The notes under the pieces are model-generated. The model did no database searches and was not told the DNA's origin. It saw only the letters and a program-made list of their open reading frames with translations. From NCBI GenBank assembly GCA_016776905.1, contig JADHSM010000007.1:73438-137437 (forward strand): a stretch of 64,000 bases of DNA, written 5' to 3'. Numbering within the stretch: the stretch's first letter is position 1; every line of letters starts with the position of its first letter. This DNA comes from Planctomycetota bacterium. GTDB taxonomy: Bacteria > Planctomycetota > UBA8108 > UBA1146. A program made the position numbers and the translations under genes. Below, in pieces: positions 35,925 to 45,973 of the stretch.

Positions 35925-37274
35925 TCAACGTATTCTTACGTATCTGCCATTGTTGTCAGCAGCAAGCTTTTGCAGGAATTCTTCTTCAGCATCGACGAAT
36001 CCTAAAGTGAAAATCCGGATTCCCCGCAGATGATTGACCGCTTTCGTTTCAGCAAGGATTCTTCTCATCAATTCTGGTGCATCGGGCGGGAGATTGTTAC
36101 CTCTCGTGCCCATATGCGTGGGTGCCCCATCTGTGATTAAGTATATCGTATCGACAGTAGGGTCACCTAAAGCCATATGTAACGCCTCGTCGGTGACTGT
36201 TATTCCTGTGGCATTCAAGGATTCAATGAATTTCACCGCATCACTGCGATGCTTTCGATTCGCTTCTTTGAGCACGGGGCTCCAGGGAGAGACCTCCGTA
36301 GAGTATGCGATCACGGTAAAACGTTTATTCTCACCGAGACCTTCGATCGCCTTTTTGAGTTCCGATTGAGCTCTCAAAATTCTTCTGCGCGATTCCATGA
36401 GTTTTTGAATCTTTTCTTCGACAGATTCCCCAACTCCGGTTGAGCGACTCACCTTCTTCAGTTGTTCGTCACTCGGCGGGTCCGTGGCCATCATCGAGCC
36501 AGAAATATCGATGATGAAAGCGATGTTTTTACCCGTGATATCAAGCCCGAAGAGTCCTGTTCCTGTCATCTTTTCAACAGGTGCTGAAAGATCTACTTTC
36601 GAAGGATCTAATTTATCTCTGTGAACACTGATCCATGATTTATATGCCGCTGAATCATGCAAAGAGATGCCTGTTAACCTGTGGAGACTGTCGCGGCACG
36701 TCAACCAGGCTCTATCCTTTGCCATTTTTTCCAACTCGTCTCTCCCACCCTTAGCAGCACGCTCACGGGTAGTGGAACCTTCCCATCTTTTCATGGCAGA
36801 GATGAGAGGTTCGATAACGAGTATGTCTTGAGTTCGACCCAATATTTGGGAAGCCACGATGACAACCTGTGGAGCTTTGTCATGAAGAGCCTTGAGGGAA
36901 AGCGAAACGCTGTCGGAACCTTTGGATTGAAGTGAAGCATACAAACCCAAAGTTCTGGCAGGCCAGTCAGGGTGCTTTTTCACCAACTTTTCCAACTCAT
37001 TATCAAACTTTGGACCTTGAAGAGTTCCTAATATCCGAGTGGCGTCAACGAACACTCTATGTCGATCAACGCTGTACCATGCGCTCTCTGGTGCCGCCTC
37101 TACTTTGGCGACGGCATCTGCGATTGGACGAACAGCTTTGTATGAATTTTTCTCTACGAGTTCTCGCATTCGCGAGAGAAGACCATTTGCGTCCTGATTT
37201 TTGACGCACTGATCAAGTTGCTTGTCCCCGGCAACGTTGAAAAAGAGTAGTGAAGCGACGATGAGATTTAGCAA
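35925..37274 (-). CDS. HEAT-repeat plus VWA-domain secreted protein
   Basis: N-terminal signal, HEAT-like middle, MIDAS DISGSM, DTIYLITDGAPT, FLQKLAADNNGRY. Confidence 0.85.
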   Translation of the reverse strand: MLNLIVASLLFFNVAGDKQLDQCVKNQDANGLLSRMRELVEKNSYKAVRPIADAVAKVEAAPESAWYSVDRHRVFVDATRILGTLQGPKFDNELEKLVKKHPDWPARTLGLYASLQSKGSDSVSLSLKALHDKAPQVVIVASQILGRTQDILVIEPLISAMKRWEGSTTRERAAKGGRDELEKMAKDRAWLTCRDSLHRLTGISLHDSAAYKSWISVHRDKLDPSKVDLSAPVEKMTGTGLFGLDITGKNIAFIIDISGSMMATDPPSDEQLKKVSRSTGVGESVEEKIQKLMESRRRILRAQSELKKAIEGLGENKRFTVIAYSTEVSPWSPVLKEANRKHRSDAVKFIESLNATGITVTDEALHMALGDPTVDTIYLITDGAPTHMGTRGNNLPPDAPELMRRILAETKAVNHLRGIRIFTLGFVDAEEEFLQKLAADNNGRYVRIR

Positions 37275-38896
37275 TCGATAGCCTCCTGGATGGCTTGCAT
37301 CGCTTCATCCACTTTTAGCCGGGTCTGAACCATTGAATCACGTTCCCTCAAAGTAACGGTTTCGTCACTGAGAGTTTCGCCGTCAACAGTGACACAAAAT
37401 GGAGTACCTGCTTCGTCCATGCGACGGTAACGTCGACCCACTGCGCCTTTAACATCATAGAAAACGGGGAACTTCCTCTTGAGTTCCCGATAGATTTCCT
37501 GAGCTTTTTCAGGCATTCCGTCCTTCTTCACGAGTGGAAGCACAGCGGCTTTCATCGGGGCTAGGCGTGGGTGGAACTTCAGGACGACTCTCGATTGCAT
37601 TTCACCTTTATCGTCAGGCGCATTATCTTCTGTGTACGCCTCACAAAGAAACGCCAAAGCCGCTCGATCAGCACCGGCAGACGGCTCTATCACATGTGGA
37701 ATAAATTTTTCGTTAGAAACCGGATCTCGGTAGCTGAGATCTTTTCCACTGCCTTTCCAAAGAGGCTTGCCGTTTTCTCCCAGTTGAACTTCTAAAGGCT
37801 TGGAATTGGGATCGAGCTTGCCCTCCATGTGACTGCGGAGGTCAAAATCGCCACGATGCGCAATGCCTTCTAACTCTCCGTATTCTCCCTCTGGAAGGAA
37901 TGGGAACGCGTATTCAATGTCAGCGGTACCTGTGGAGTAATGGCTGAGTTCATCAGAATGGTGTTCTCTAAGAATGAGGTTTTCAGAAGATAACCCGTGG
38001 TTGAGATACCAATTCATCCTGCGATCTCGCCAGTAGCTGTACCAATCTTGAGAGGTGTCAGGATGGCAAAAGAATTCCACTTCCATTTGCTCGAATTCAC
38101 GCACTCGGAATGTAAAGTTTCTGGGCGTAATCTCATTCCTGAAACTTTTACCAACCTGGGCAATGCCAAATGGGATTTTGACTCGAGACGAATCCACGAC
38201 ATTTTTGAAATTAACGAAAATCCCCTGTGCGGTTTCAGGCCTGAGGTAAGCCATGCTGTCGTCATTATGAAGAGCGCCCATTTGAGTCTTGAACATCAGA
38301 TTAAATTCGCGCGGTTCTGTCAGTGTTCCCGCGTCTTTTGCATCAGGACCCAGAACCAATTCTAGTTCATCGATAGTTTCAAGACTGCAGGCGCTACCGT
38401 CCCATTTTATCTGATCACGATCCTTTGCTCTCAAGCCAAAGAACTTCTGCGCTCGGGCGGTGAATGCTTCATCCTCTTCTTCGGGATCAGCCATTGCAGT
38501 TACGAATACCTTTTTATCTCGGTACTCTGCCCAGCGACCTCTCAGTTGATCGTGACGATATCGTTTTTTAGATTCCTTGCAGTCCACCATCATGTCGTGG
38601 AACAGGTCGTGGTGACCTGAGCAACGCCACACTTGAGGGTGCATAATTATTGAGCAGTCGAGGCCTGTCATTTCGAAACTGCTCTGCGCCCCGGGGAGCA
38701 CTCCTATGTCGTCATGACGAGAAACCATGTCAGCCCACCAGGCTTCTTTGACATTTCTCTTCAACTCCACTCCGAGCGGGCCGTAATCCCAACAACCATT
38801 CATTCCGCCGTAAATTTCGCTGGATTGGAAGATGAAGCCCCTGCGTTTACTCAGGGAAACTATTTTCTGCATGACACTGGGCTCTGGATTACTCAA
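37268..38896 (-). CDS. glyQS: Glycine--tRNA ligase, homodimeric (eukaryote/archaea-like) type
   Basis: KRRGFIFQSSEIYGG, DYGPLG, FNLMF, LRPETAQGIF, FRNEITP, REFEQMEVEFF, PHVIEPSAG. Confidence 0.97.
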   Translation of the reverse strand: MSNPEPSVMQKIVSLSKRRGFIFQSSEIYGGMNGCWDYGPLGVELKRNVKEAWWADMVSRHDDIGVLPGAQSSFEMTGLDCSIIMHPQVWRCSGHHDLFHDMMVDCKESKKRYRHDQLRGRWAEYRDKKVFVTAMADPEEEDEAFTARAQKFFGLRAKDRDQIKWDGSACSLETIDELELVLGPDAKDAGTLTEPREFNLMFKTQMGALHNDDSMAYLRPETAQGIFVNFKNVVDSSRVKIPFGIAQVGKSFRNEITPRNFTFRVREFEQMEVEFFCHPDTSQDWYSYWRDRRMNWYLNHGLSSENLILREHHSDELSHYSTGTADIEYAFPFLPEGEYGELEGIAHRGDFDLRSHMEGKLDPNSKPLEVQLGENGKPLWKGSGKDLSYRDPVSNEKFIPHVIEPSAGADRAALAFLCEAYTEDNAPDDKGEMQSRVVLKFHPRLAPMKAAVLPLVKKDGMPEKAQEIYRELKRKFPVFYDVKGAVGRRYRRMDEAGTPFCVTVDGETLSDETVTLRERDSMVQTRLKVDEAMQAIQEAIDC

Positions 38897-39027
38897 GTGG
38901 CCTCCTAAGACCTCTACTGAAGGTCTGACCGCTGTGGTTGGTCTAATGCTGTCCCAAGAGAAAGATCTCTCAGGTTCCCCTCATCCTAGAAAGAGGGCCT
39001 CCTTCTGGCAAGTTGACCCCCTTATCG

Positions 39028-39056
39028 TTGACTCAGATAGTCACTTTTCCTATACA
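39028..39056 (+). promoter_or_regulatory. Sigma70-type promoter
   Basis: TTGACT-17 bp-TATACA directly before the AGGAGG RBS of the 95-aa ORF. Confidence 0.6.
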
Positions 39057-39075
39057 GGACTCCTAGGAGGCCTCA

Positions 39076-39363
39076 TTGAATATTCTCACAGAAGAGCGAT
39101 TAATCCAATTCCTCAGGGAGACTGTCGATTTACAGGGTATCTGCCTTGATCAATTGATCTCCTCTGGGACGAGTCCTGTTTCCGAACAAGTACTCCAAAG
39201 GTACCGGGACTTTGTTCACTCTATCCAAGTTGAAAAAGATCGGGAACCCACCCTCAAGGAGGAATTCTGGACTTGGATCTGGGAAGCCCCTGCAAATATG
39301 AACTACATCCAAATGTATGGCCGACTCGCTTGGATTAATTTACAGCTTCTCAATCTGTTATAA
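39076..39363 (+). CDS. Small hypothetical helical protein (95 aa)
   Basis: AGGAGG RBS, TTG start and its own promoter. Fills the gap between glyQS and argS. Confidence 0.7.
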   Translation: MNILTEERLIQFLRETVDLQGICLDQLISSGTSPVSEQVLQRYRDFVHSIQVEKDREPTLKEEFWTWIWEAPANMNYIQMYGRLAWINLQLLNLL

Positions 39364-39390
39364 ATCTGCACCGTTCGGTACAGATATTTT

Positions 39391-41124
39391 TTACATTCGG
39401 GTCAAGGGTTGAATGCAAAGTCTTTTGAGCCCCGTTGCCAGAGTATTCTTCAGACTTTCGATTAATGTCAATCGGTGCTCACTCAACTGTGGGTCATCCG
39501 ACATGACTCGATGCTTTGCGTAGTAAGTATTGAAATCGCTGGCCAGCTCTAAGAGGTATTGCGAGAGCTGTGAAGGCTCCGCTGATTTAGCAGCCTTATC
39601 AGTGACTTCAGGATATCGAAGTAAGCGCTTTATCAAAACGAGCTCTTCGTCTTCGACAAGACCCGATCCGTCTCCACGAGCCAACTTCGATTCCGCAGCT
39701 TTACTCAAAATGCTAGCAAATCTGACATGAGTGTATTGAAGATAAGGACCAGTTTCGCCGTCGAAGGCGAGCATCTTGTCGAGATCAAAATTCACGTCTT
39801 TTCGCCGCGAAGCCTTCATGTCGCTAAAGATCACTGCACCCATTCCGACCGCTTCAGCGATTTCGGATAAATCGCTTTCGGAAATATCAGGGTTCTTTTT
39901 TCGAACAACAGCGCCCGCTAACTCAACGGCTTTATCGAGGACATCCTGCAGAAGCACCACTTGGCCTCCGCGGGTTTTCCCTTTTTTCCAATGCCCATCG
40001 ACATTCAGACGCATCACGCCAAATTCAGCGTGCTCGAGATGATCAGCCCATTCGTAGCCCATCTTCTTGAGGACCCCAAATACCTGCCGGAAATGCAGGC
40101 CTTGTCCCGCATCGACCACGTATAGGCATCTGTCGAACTTCACGTTTTCATATCGAGTGATGGCGCTCGCCAGATCTCTCGTGCCATACAGGGTGGCTCC
40201 GTCCTTCTTGCGAATCAGCATCGGCGGGATGTCTTCTTCGACCTGGACGACTTCTGCGCCTTCACTCTCTTCAAGAAGATTCAGCTCAGAGAGTTTTGCG
40301 ATGACGCCTTTCATCGCTTCTTCGTAGTGCGATTCTCCGATAACCGTATCGAAATGAACTCCCAGTCGAGAATAAATTTTATCGAACAGTTGAAGAGAAA
40401 CGTCACGAATCATAGTCCAACGATCACGCGCCAGTGGATCTCCGTTTTCGAGTTTTTTAAACCATTCTCGAGCGAGGTCTTCAAGTTCCGGATTTTCTTT
40501 GGCGTCATTGGAGTATCGGACATAAAGAGCATTGAGATCTGTGACCGCATCTTCTCTTTCTGACAAAGGAGGCGAATCAAGGTCGTCAAAGTCTTTGTAG
40601 CTTTCCCAAGCCGCCAGGAGTTTTCCGAAGCCAGTCCCCCAATCACCCAAATGATTCCAGGAAACCACTTCGTATCCGGCACTTCGGAAAATATTGGCCA
40701 TCGCCTGACCCAGCATCGTGGATCTGAGATGATGCACTGCGAGGTGCTTTGCGATGTTCGGAGAAGAATATTCGACGATGACGGTTTTGCCGTTCCCTGA
40801 ATCCGTGCAACCCCATGATTCTCCACTGGATTCGATCAGGCCGATCGCGTGTTGACTGAAGACTTCGCGGTTAACTTTGAGATTCAGGTACGGACCTGTG
40901 GCGACGACCTCTTCCAGCCAATCAATATCCCAATCTCGACTGGCGAGATCCTGGGACACTTTAACGGGTGAACTTCTCAATAATTTGGCCAATGGGAAGC
41001 AACCCATAGCCAGATCGCCCAACTTGGCGTCAGGGGGGTCGACCAGATCCAACTCCAGTCCTTCCGGATCGAGATCCAAGAATGACGCGATTTTGGACGC
41101 CAGTTGACGGCTGAAGTGTCTCAT
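39391..41124 (-). CDS. argS: Arginine--tRNA ligase
   Basis: VEYSSPNIAK...HLRS, NHLGDWG, DGATLYGTRDLA, GETGPYLQYTHVR, DALR-type C-terminus. Confidence 0.96.
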   Translation of the reverse strand: MRHFSRQLASKIASFLDLDPEGLELDLVDPPDAKLGDLAMGCFPLAKLLRSSPVKVSQDLASRDWDIDWLEEVVATGPYLNLKVNREVFSQHAIGLIESSGESWGCTDSGNGKTVIVEYSSPNIAKHLAVHHLRSTMLGQAMANIFRSAGYEVVSWNHLGDWGTGFGKLLAAWESYKDFDDLDSPPLSEREDAVTDLNALYVRYSNDAKENPELEDLAREWFKKLENGDPLARDRWTMIRDVSLQLFDKIYSRLGVHFDTVIGESHYEEAMKGVIAKLSELNLLEESEGAEVVQVEEDIPPMLIRKKDGATLYGTRDLASAITRYENVKFDRCLYVVDAGQGLHFRQVFGVLKKMGYEWADHLEHAEFGVMRLNVDGHWKKGKTRGGQVVLLQDVLDKAVELAGAVVRKKNPDISESDLSEIAEAVGMGAVIFSDMKASRRKDVNFDLDKMLAFDGETGPYLQYTHVRFASILSKAAESKLARGDGSGLVEDEELVLIKRLLRYPEVTDKAAKSAEPSQLSQYLLELASDFNTYYAKHRVMSDDPQLSEHRLTLIESLKNTLATGLKRLCIQPLTRM

Positions 41125-41254
41125 TTCAATTCTTCCTGTCTGGAAAGTTAAATGTCGTCTCGGGGTCCTCGGCATTTTATAGTGATATACAGGTGGGAAC
41201 CAAGTGCTCCCACAAGGTCGGCACACCTTTCTTTGAAGAATGACAAGGAGTCTC

Positions 41255-41620
41255 ATGACTGATCGTCTCAAATCGACCCAAAGTCGCCACGACAATGCAG
41301 AGTTGAAGTTGGTCCAATATCGTCGCTATCTGGCACTGTGTATCCTGATGGGCCTGATTTCATCCTGCGGCTGGTGGATGAGTGCCCTGAAATCCTCCGA
41401 TTCAACACAACTGCTCTCCGTCGCAGAAGCACAATCGGGCCCCAAGTGGAAAGAGATCGCTGCTGGGATCATCCCCACAGAATTTGGTGAGTTGCTCAGT
41501 GTGAATGGAACAGCGGGGAATTATTCTCTCGTCTTTAGAGATAGTGATAAAGTTCTCCGCATCGTCGACCTGAGAGGCGGAAAGATTCCAAACCGATCCC
41601 TCGTCATTCAGAGGAAGTAA
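41255..41620 (+). CDS. Hypothetical single-TM protein
   Basis: AAGGAG RBS, one TM segment, C-terminal beta-rich IPTEFGELLSV..LVFRDSD..LRIV. Confidence 0.7.
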   Translation: MTDRLKSTQSRHDNAELKLVQYRRYLALCILMGLISSCGWWMSALKSSDSTQLLSVAEAQSGPKWKEIAAGIIPTEFGELLSVNGTAGNYSLVFRDSDKVLRIVDLRGGKIPNRSLVIQRK

Positions 41621-41729
41621 TGGAATTCGGGCTCCGAAGAGTCAAAGAGTCCGCGACCAGTGCGGAGTCAGTCGCAGAAGAACACGAAGAGAATGCAACG
41701 ATTTTTGATCTGAATACGAGACAGGGTTT

Positions 41730-42509
41730 ATGGAGTCACTTCAAAGACTGAAATCCATCATTGATACTCTCCGATCTCCAGGTGGATGCCCTTGGGATTT
41801 GGAGCAGACTCCGGAATCTCTGAGACCCTTCCTTTTAGAGGAAGCTCATGAAGTCGCTCAAGCGATTGAAGAAGGTGACTCGGAACACATATGTGAAGAA
41901 TTGGGTGATCTTCTGATGAATATTTTTCTCCAAGCTCGTATTGGAGAAGAGGAAAATACATTCAGTCTCAACGACGTCGCCGAGAATATCTCTGACAAAC
42001 TAATTCGAAGACATCCTCATGTATTCGGAGATGCCGACGCTGCTGACCCCGAAGCCGTTCGCCGACAATGGGAAGAGATCAAGCAGGAAGAAAAAGGTGA
42101 AACAGAGACGGCACGAAACACTATCAGGCCGCTCCCCGCTTCATTACCCGCCTTGTGCAGGGCCGATCGTGTCGGGCAAATGGTTGCCAAGGTAGGATTT
42201 GATTGGCCAGACAGCACGGGTGCCATGGAGAAAGTAAAAGAAGAACTCGATGAACTTCATGAAGCAGTGGCTAAAGGTGTCCCGGAAGAAATAGAGCATG
42301 AGATCGGCGATATTCTTTTTGCAGTGAGTAGTGTTGCCCGCAAAGTGGGTGTCGATCCTGAAGTCGCCTTGAGCCGTTCACTTTCGCGATTTGAAGAGCG
42401 TTTCAAAGTTGTTGATCAGAAACTGGGAGAACGCGAATCTGCGCCCCTCGATCAACTCGAAGAATGGTATCTCGAAGGCAAAGAAATCCAGAACCGAAAT
42501 CAGGAGTAA
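41730..42509 (+). CDS. mazG: Nucleoside triphosphate pyrophosphohydrolase MazG
   Basis: LRSPGGCPWD.EQT, EELGDLL, KLIRRHPHVFG, WEEIK, GFDWP, EIGDILF. Confidence 0.95.
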   Translation: MESLQRLKSIIDTLRSPGGCPWDLEQTPESLRPFLLEEAHEVAQAIEEGDSEHICEELGDLLMNIFLQARIGEEENTFSLNDVAENISDKLIRRHPHVFGDADAADPEAVRRQWEEIKQEEKGETETARNTIRPLPASLPALCRADRVGQMVAKVGFDWPDSTGAMEKVKEELDELHEAVAKGVPEEIEHEIGDILFAVSSVARKVGVDPEVALSRSLSRFEERFKVVDQKLGERESAPLDQLEEWYLEGKEIQNRNQE

Positions 42510-42514
42510 CCCAA

Positions 42515-43588
42515 TTGAGCATTTCCTTTGAAAACATCTCGCGTATTCGAGACGAGATCACACAAGGCCTAGCGACGAAAATCATTGGTCAAGAAAAGGT
42601 GATCGAAGAGGTCATGATCTCCCTTTTATCCGGAGGTCATATTCTCGTCATGGGCGTACCCGGTTTGGCCAAAACCCTCCTCGTTCGATCGATCTCCGAA
42701 TTGCTTCAGTTAGAATTTAGCAGAATCCAATTCACTCCAGATCTGATGCCGCAGGACATCACTGGGGCGAGCATCCTTGACCGTGAAAGCTCCACGGGCG
42801 GACGACAGTTCTCCTTCGCCAAGGGGCCTCTCTTTGCGAACATGGTATTGGGAGACGAAATCAACAGAACTCCTCCCAAAACACAAGCGGCGCTGCTCGA
42901 AGGGATGGAGGAGGGCCAAGTGACGGTCATGGGAGTTCGACACCCACTTCCAGATCCGTTCTTTGTCATGGCGACCCAAAATCCCTTGGAGCAAGAAGGA
43001 ACCTATCCGCTTCCGGTCACGCAGTTGGATCGGTTTTCGTTTCAAATATTGATGGATTATCCCAATGCTGAGGAAGAATTAGACGTGGTCTCAGTCACGA
43101 CCGCTATGAACCCAGGCCCCCTCAAACCCGTTGTTACTGCAGAATGGCTCCGCGAAGCGTCTCTTGAAGTGCGTCAGGTTCAAATTCCAGATTTTCAGTT
43201 GATCAGAGCGACAAGAATCGTGAGATCCACGCGTCCACAAGAAGAGGGCGCCCCTGAAGCCGCACGAGAGCTCCTGTACCACGGAGCAGGACCTCGAGGA
43301 GTGCAGACGATACTCGCAACCGCTCGCGCGAGAGCGGCTCTCAACCAACGTAACACGGTCACCGATGAGGATATTGACGCTGTGCTATTCCCGTCATTGA
43401 GACACCGATTGGGCCTCAGTGTTCACGCGGAAGCAGAAGGTCTTGAGCCTGATCAGGTCCTCATCAGGATCCTGGAGGAATCAGGTGACCGACCCGAGGA
43501 AACTGACAGTGAAACACTGAAGCAAGCGGGGTTTTTCAAGGAGTGGCTCAGCAAACTCGCTGATACCACGCCTTACTTCCGAAGTTGA
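42515..43588 (+). CDS. MoxR-family AAA+ ATPase
   Basis: GVPGLAKT, RIQFTPDLMP.DITG, DEINRTPPKTQAALLE, ATQNPLEQEGTYPLP. TTG start after AGGAG. Confidence 0.93.
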   Translation: MSISFENISRIRDEITQGLATKIIGQEKVIEEVMISLLSGGHILVMGVPGLAKTLLVRSISELLQLEFSRIQFTPDLMPQDITGASILDRESSTGGRQFSFAKGPLFANMVLGDEINRTPPKTQAALLEGMEEGQVTVMGVRHPLPDPFFVMATQNPLEQEGTYPLPVTQLDRFSFQILMDYPNAEEELDVVSVTTAMNPGPLKPVVTAEWLREASLEVRQVQIPDFQLIRATRIVRSTRPQEEGAPEAARELLYHGAGPRGVQTILATARARAALNQRNTVTDEDIDAVLFPSLRHRLGLSVHAEAEGLEPDQVLIRILEESGDRPEETDSETLKQAGFFKEWLSKLADTTPYFRS

Positions 43589-43589
43589 A

Positions 43590-45860
43590 TCATTTTTCCT
43601 GACTGACGATAAAGCCGACGATGTCTCTTGCGCTATTCTCGTCGTAATTATAGCGGTCCTTCAGGAATTGAAGACTGTTCTCCACAGCTTCCAACTCGGA
43701 CTTCGACAATGTCGAACGTTCGTCTGAGAATGATTTCAGTATGTTGATCAGCGATTCATGGATCTCGTCGCTGCGCGAGTCCCAGAAGCTCTGCTTTAAA
43801 GTATTATAGATCTCAGGGAATACTTGAGAGTAATCCAGTTCTAAGTTTGGATTCTCGGTGGCATACGCACCTATGCGACTGAGCAACGAAGATCTGAACT
43901 CTTCGATTCCGTCTTTGATCTCAAGCTTCTTCTCAATATCAGACATCACATCAGAGGTCTGCTGGCTGAAGCCTGCAGTTGAAGTCTGTTGGCTGAAGCC
44001 TGCAGTTGTATTTTTCGGAATACTCTCGCCTAGCTCATGGGCCTTGACGCAGTAGAAGTATTCACTAAACAGACGATCAAACTCTCCCTCTTCAACGTAC
44101 GAGAATGAGTCGAATATTTCCCTTTTCACCAACTGAAGGTAATGAGTTTTAACATCAGAAACGAACTGTTTACAATCGTGAAAACCGTTATCAACGGCCA
44201 ATCGGAGGAAGTCATGAACACTGGTGTCCTTGATGAAATCTTCAATCTCCTCAAGTATCGATAACGGAGAAAGGGAAAGCCATTTTTGATTCTCTGAAGC
44301 GGAAGCAATAAGGGCCATCATTTCTCGGGGAGAGGCTCCTCTTCGACCTTCGTATTCGCTCCCGAAAATGCCTTCAAACTCGCCTTCAGTACCTTCGTGT
44401 TCTTCTCTGAGGTTTTGGACATTTCTCAAAAGAAGTTTGCGATCATCTTCTTTCATTCCCAAAGGCGTTTCACCGTGATCGTAGAGCATCGCTTTCTGAA
44501 GTGGCGAAAGACGAGCGACGAGAGGCGCTAGTTCTGGCGAATGGTTTTTGGGTGATGGTCTTTTCAGTCTCGTCATAACAACCCACAAAGCCGCCATTTG
44601 AGCCGTGTGTGGGGCCACGGACCCTCCCGAGACATGTCGGTCGATCTGGCGCTTATAAAGTTCCGCTTCCCGACTGTATTGCAGCAAGTAGGGAACTCTG
44701 ACCAGGGCTAAACGACCTTTGAAAGAAGAGAAGTCCGGTGTTCTCTTAAACATGTTGAGTTGCTTCTCGTTGGCACTTCCGCACAGAACAAGATCGAGAT
44801 GGGCTCTGAAATTGGGGAGCTGAATCGTTCCCTTTTCAGAAGTGGTCAAAAGATACTTGTTGGTTTCAGGCGGACGTTTCAGGAAGTCTGAGTATTCACA
44901 CAAGCCTCGATTCGCAGCGATCAAGTCACCGTCGACTTCGTACAAAGGAAGGCCGTGGAGAATTGTAGGTAATGCATTCCCATTCAACCCGATAGGTCGA
45001 ACCTGCGCATCGATGTTTCCTTGTGGCTCGATAGAGATACAGCCGAGGCGGTACTTTTTAGAGTGGAAAAAGCGTTCCACTTGCACGTGCCTCATCACTT
45101 CGAGCCAGTCGCCTTTATGCGAGCTCAGTAATGCTTCGTAAATCGATTTGCTCTTTTGGCTCAAGTCGAACTGGAACACCCAATCGTAATTGAAATTTTC
45201 CATTTCCCGGATATCGGGGTGCAGCTCTAGTGCGTGGCGAACAAGTTCTTCACGTTCTTTCCTTGGGATGAGGAGCAGCGGTGAGTCTTTGAGTTCGCAA
45301 CGAATGATGGCGCCGACGTCTTTTGGCTTAAGAAACGCATAAGAGCCGTTACTATTGGGCTCGTCTTCTTCAAATCCAATGCGACTCGATTCCACAGACT
45401 TCTCGGGGAAGATCCAATTGAATCGATAAAGCGCGCCCTCCTGTTGGATGCTGTATTGATGCATCGCTTGCATGAGGGCATTGATCGTTGTCGATTTTGC
45501 AGATCCATTGGGACCATGGAGAAGTAGCAGTCGATCACCTTTTCCATTTCTGGAAAACTGACGAAGTTTCATGTAGATCGAATTCTGAACACTCTCTTGC
45601 CCCACCAGATTTTCGGAGAGATCCCCATGTTCAAGATCAAAGAGTTTCCATCTTTTATCGGGAACCCCCACCCTCTGGATGTCCTCTGAACCGTAATGTT
45701 CAAAAACGTCGAGAAGGTACCTGGGAGAATTGCGCAGATAGGGATAGGGGTGAGCGAGAAAATCGTCTAGGAAGTTAGAGAAGCTGCGAATCCTTTGTCT
45801 GGATTCGAATCGGTCGATGGAGTTTCTCCTGAATTGCTTTAGAAATTCCTGATGATCCAT
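43590..45860 (-). CDS. PrkA/YeaG-family AAA ATPase / serine kinase
   Basis: LLLHGPNGSAKST, DGDLIAANRG, DFLKRP, RVPYLL, APHT, GASPRE. Confidence 0.85.
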   Translation of the reverse strand: MDHQEFLKQFRRNSIDRFESRQRIRSFSNFLDDFLAHPYPYLRNSPRYLLDVFEHYGSEDIQRVGVPDKRWKLFDLEHGDLSENLVGQESVQNSIYMKLRQFSRNGKGDRLLLLHGPNGSAKSTTINALMQAMHQYSIQQEGALYRFNWIFPEKSVESSRIGFEEDEPNSNGSYAFLKPKDVGAIIRCELKDSPLLLIPRKEREELVRHALELHPDIREMENFNYDWVFQFDLSQKSKSIYEALLSSHKGDWLEVMRHVQVERFFHSKKYRLGCISIEPQGNIDAQVRPIGLNGNALPTILHGLPLYEVDGDLIAANRGLCEYSDFLKRPPETNKYLLTTSEKGTIQLPNFRAHLDLVLCGSANEKQLNMFKRTPDFSSFKGRLALVRVPYLLQYSREAELYKRQIDRHVSGGSVAPHTAQMAALWVVMTRLKRPSPKNHSPELAPLVARLSPLQKAMLYDHGETPLGMKEDDRKLLLRNVQNLREEHEGTEGEFEGIFGSEYEGRRGASPREMMALIASASENQKWLSLSPLSILEEIEDFIKDTSVHDFLRLAVDNGFHDCKQFVSDVKTHYLQLVKREIFDSFSYVEEGEFDRLFSEYFYCVKAHELGESIPKNTTAGFSQQTSTAGFSQQTSDVMSDIEKKLEIKDGIEEFRSSLLSRIGAYATENPNLELDYSQVFPEIYNTLKQSFWDSRSDEIHESLINILKSFSDERSTLSKSELEAVENSLQFLKDRYNYDENSARDIVGFIVSQEK
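43954..44007 (-). repeat. 27-bp in-frame tandem duplication in the PrkA-like gene
   Basis: GA(G/A)GTCTG(C/T)TGGCTGAAGCCTGCAGTT x2, encoding TAGFSQQTS twice. Confidence 0.9.
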
Positions 45861-45973
45861 ACTGGTCGTCCCCCGTTCACATGCGTATCAGTAATCATAC
45901 CCGATTTTACGAATTTCTTCATAGAGGGTATTTAGTAGACGCACGTGACGGACAGAAAGTTTCCATCACTCGA

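Noticed and set aside
41620-41751. 43-aa ORF (MEFGLRRVKE...) coupled to the upstream stop and overlapping the mazG start in another frame
   Set aside because: No recognisable motif and MazG is complete from 41730, so there is no evidence for a frameshift or a real peptide.
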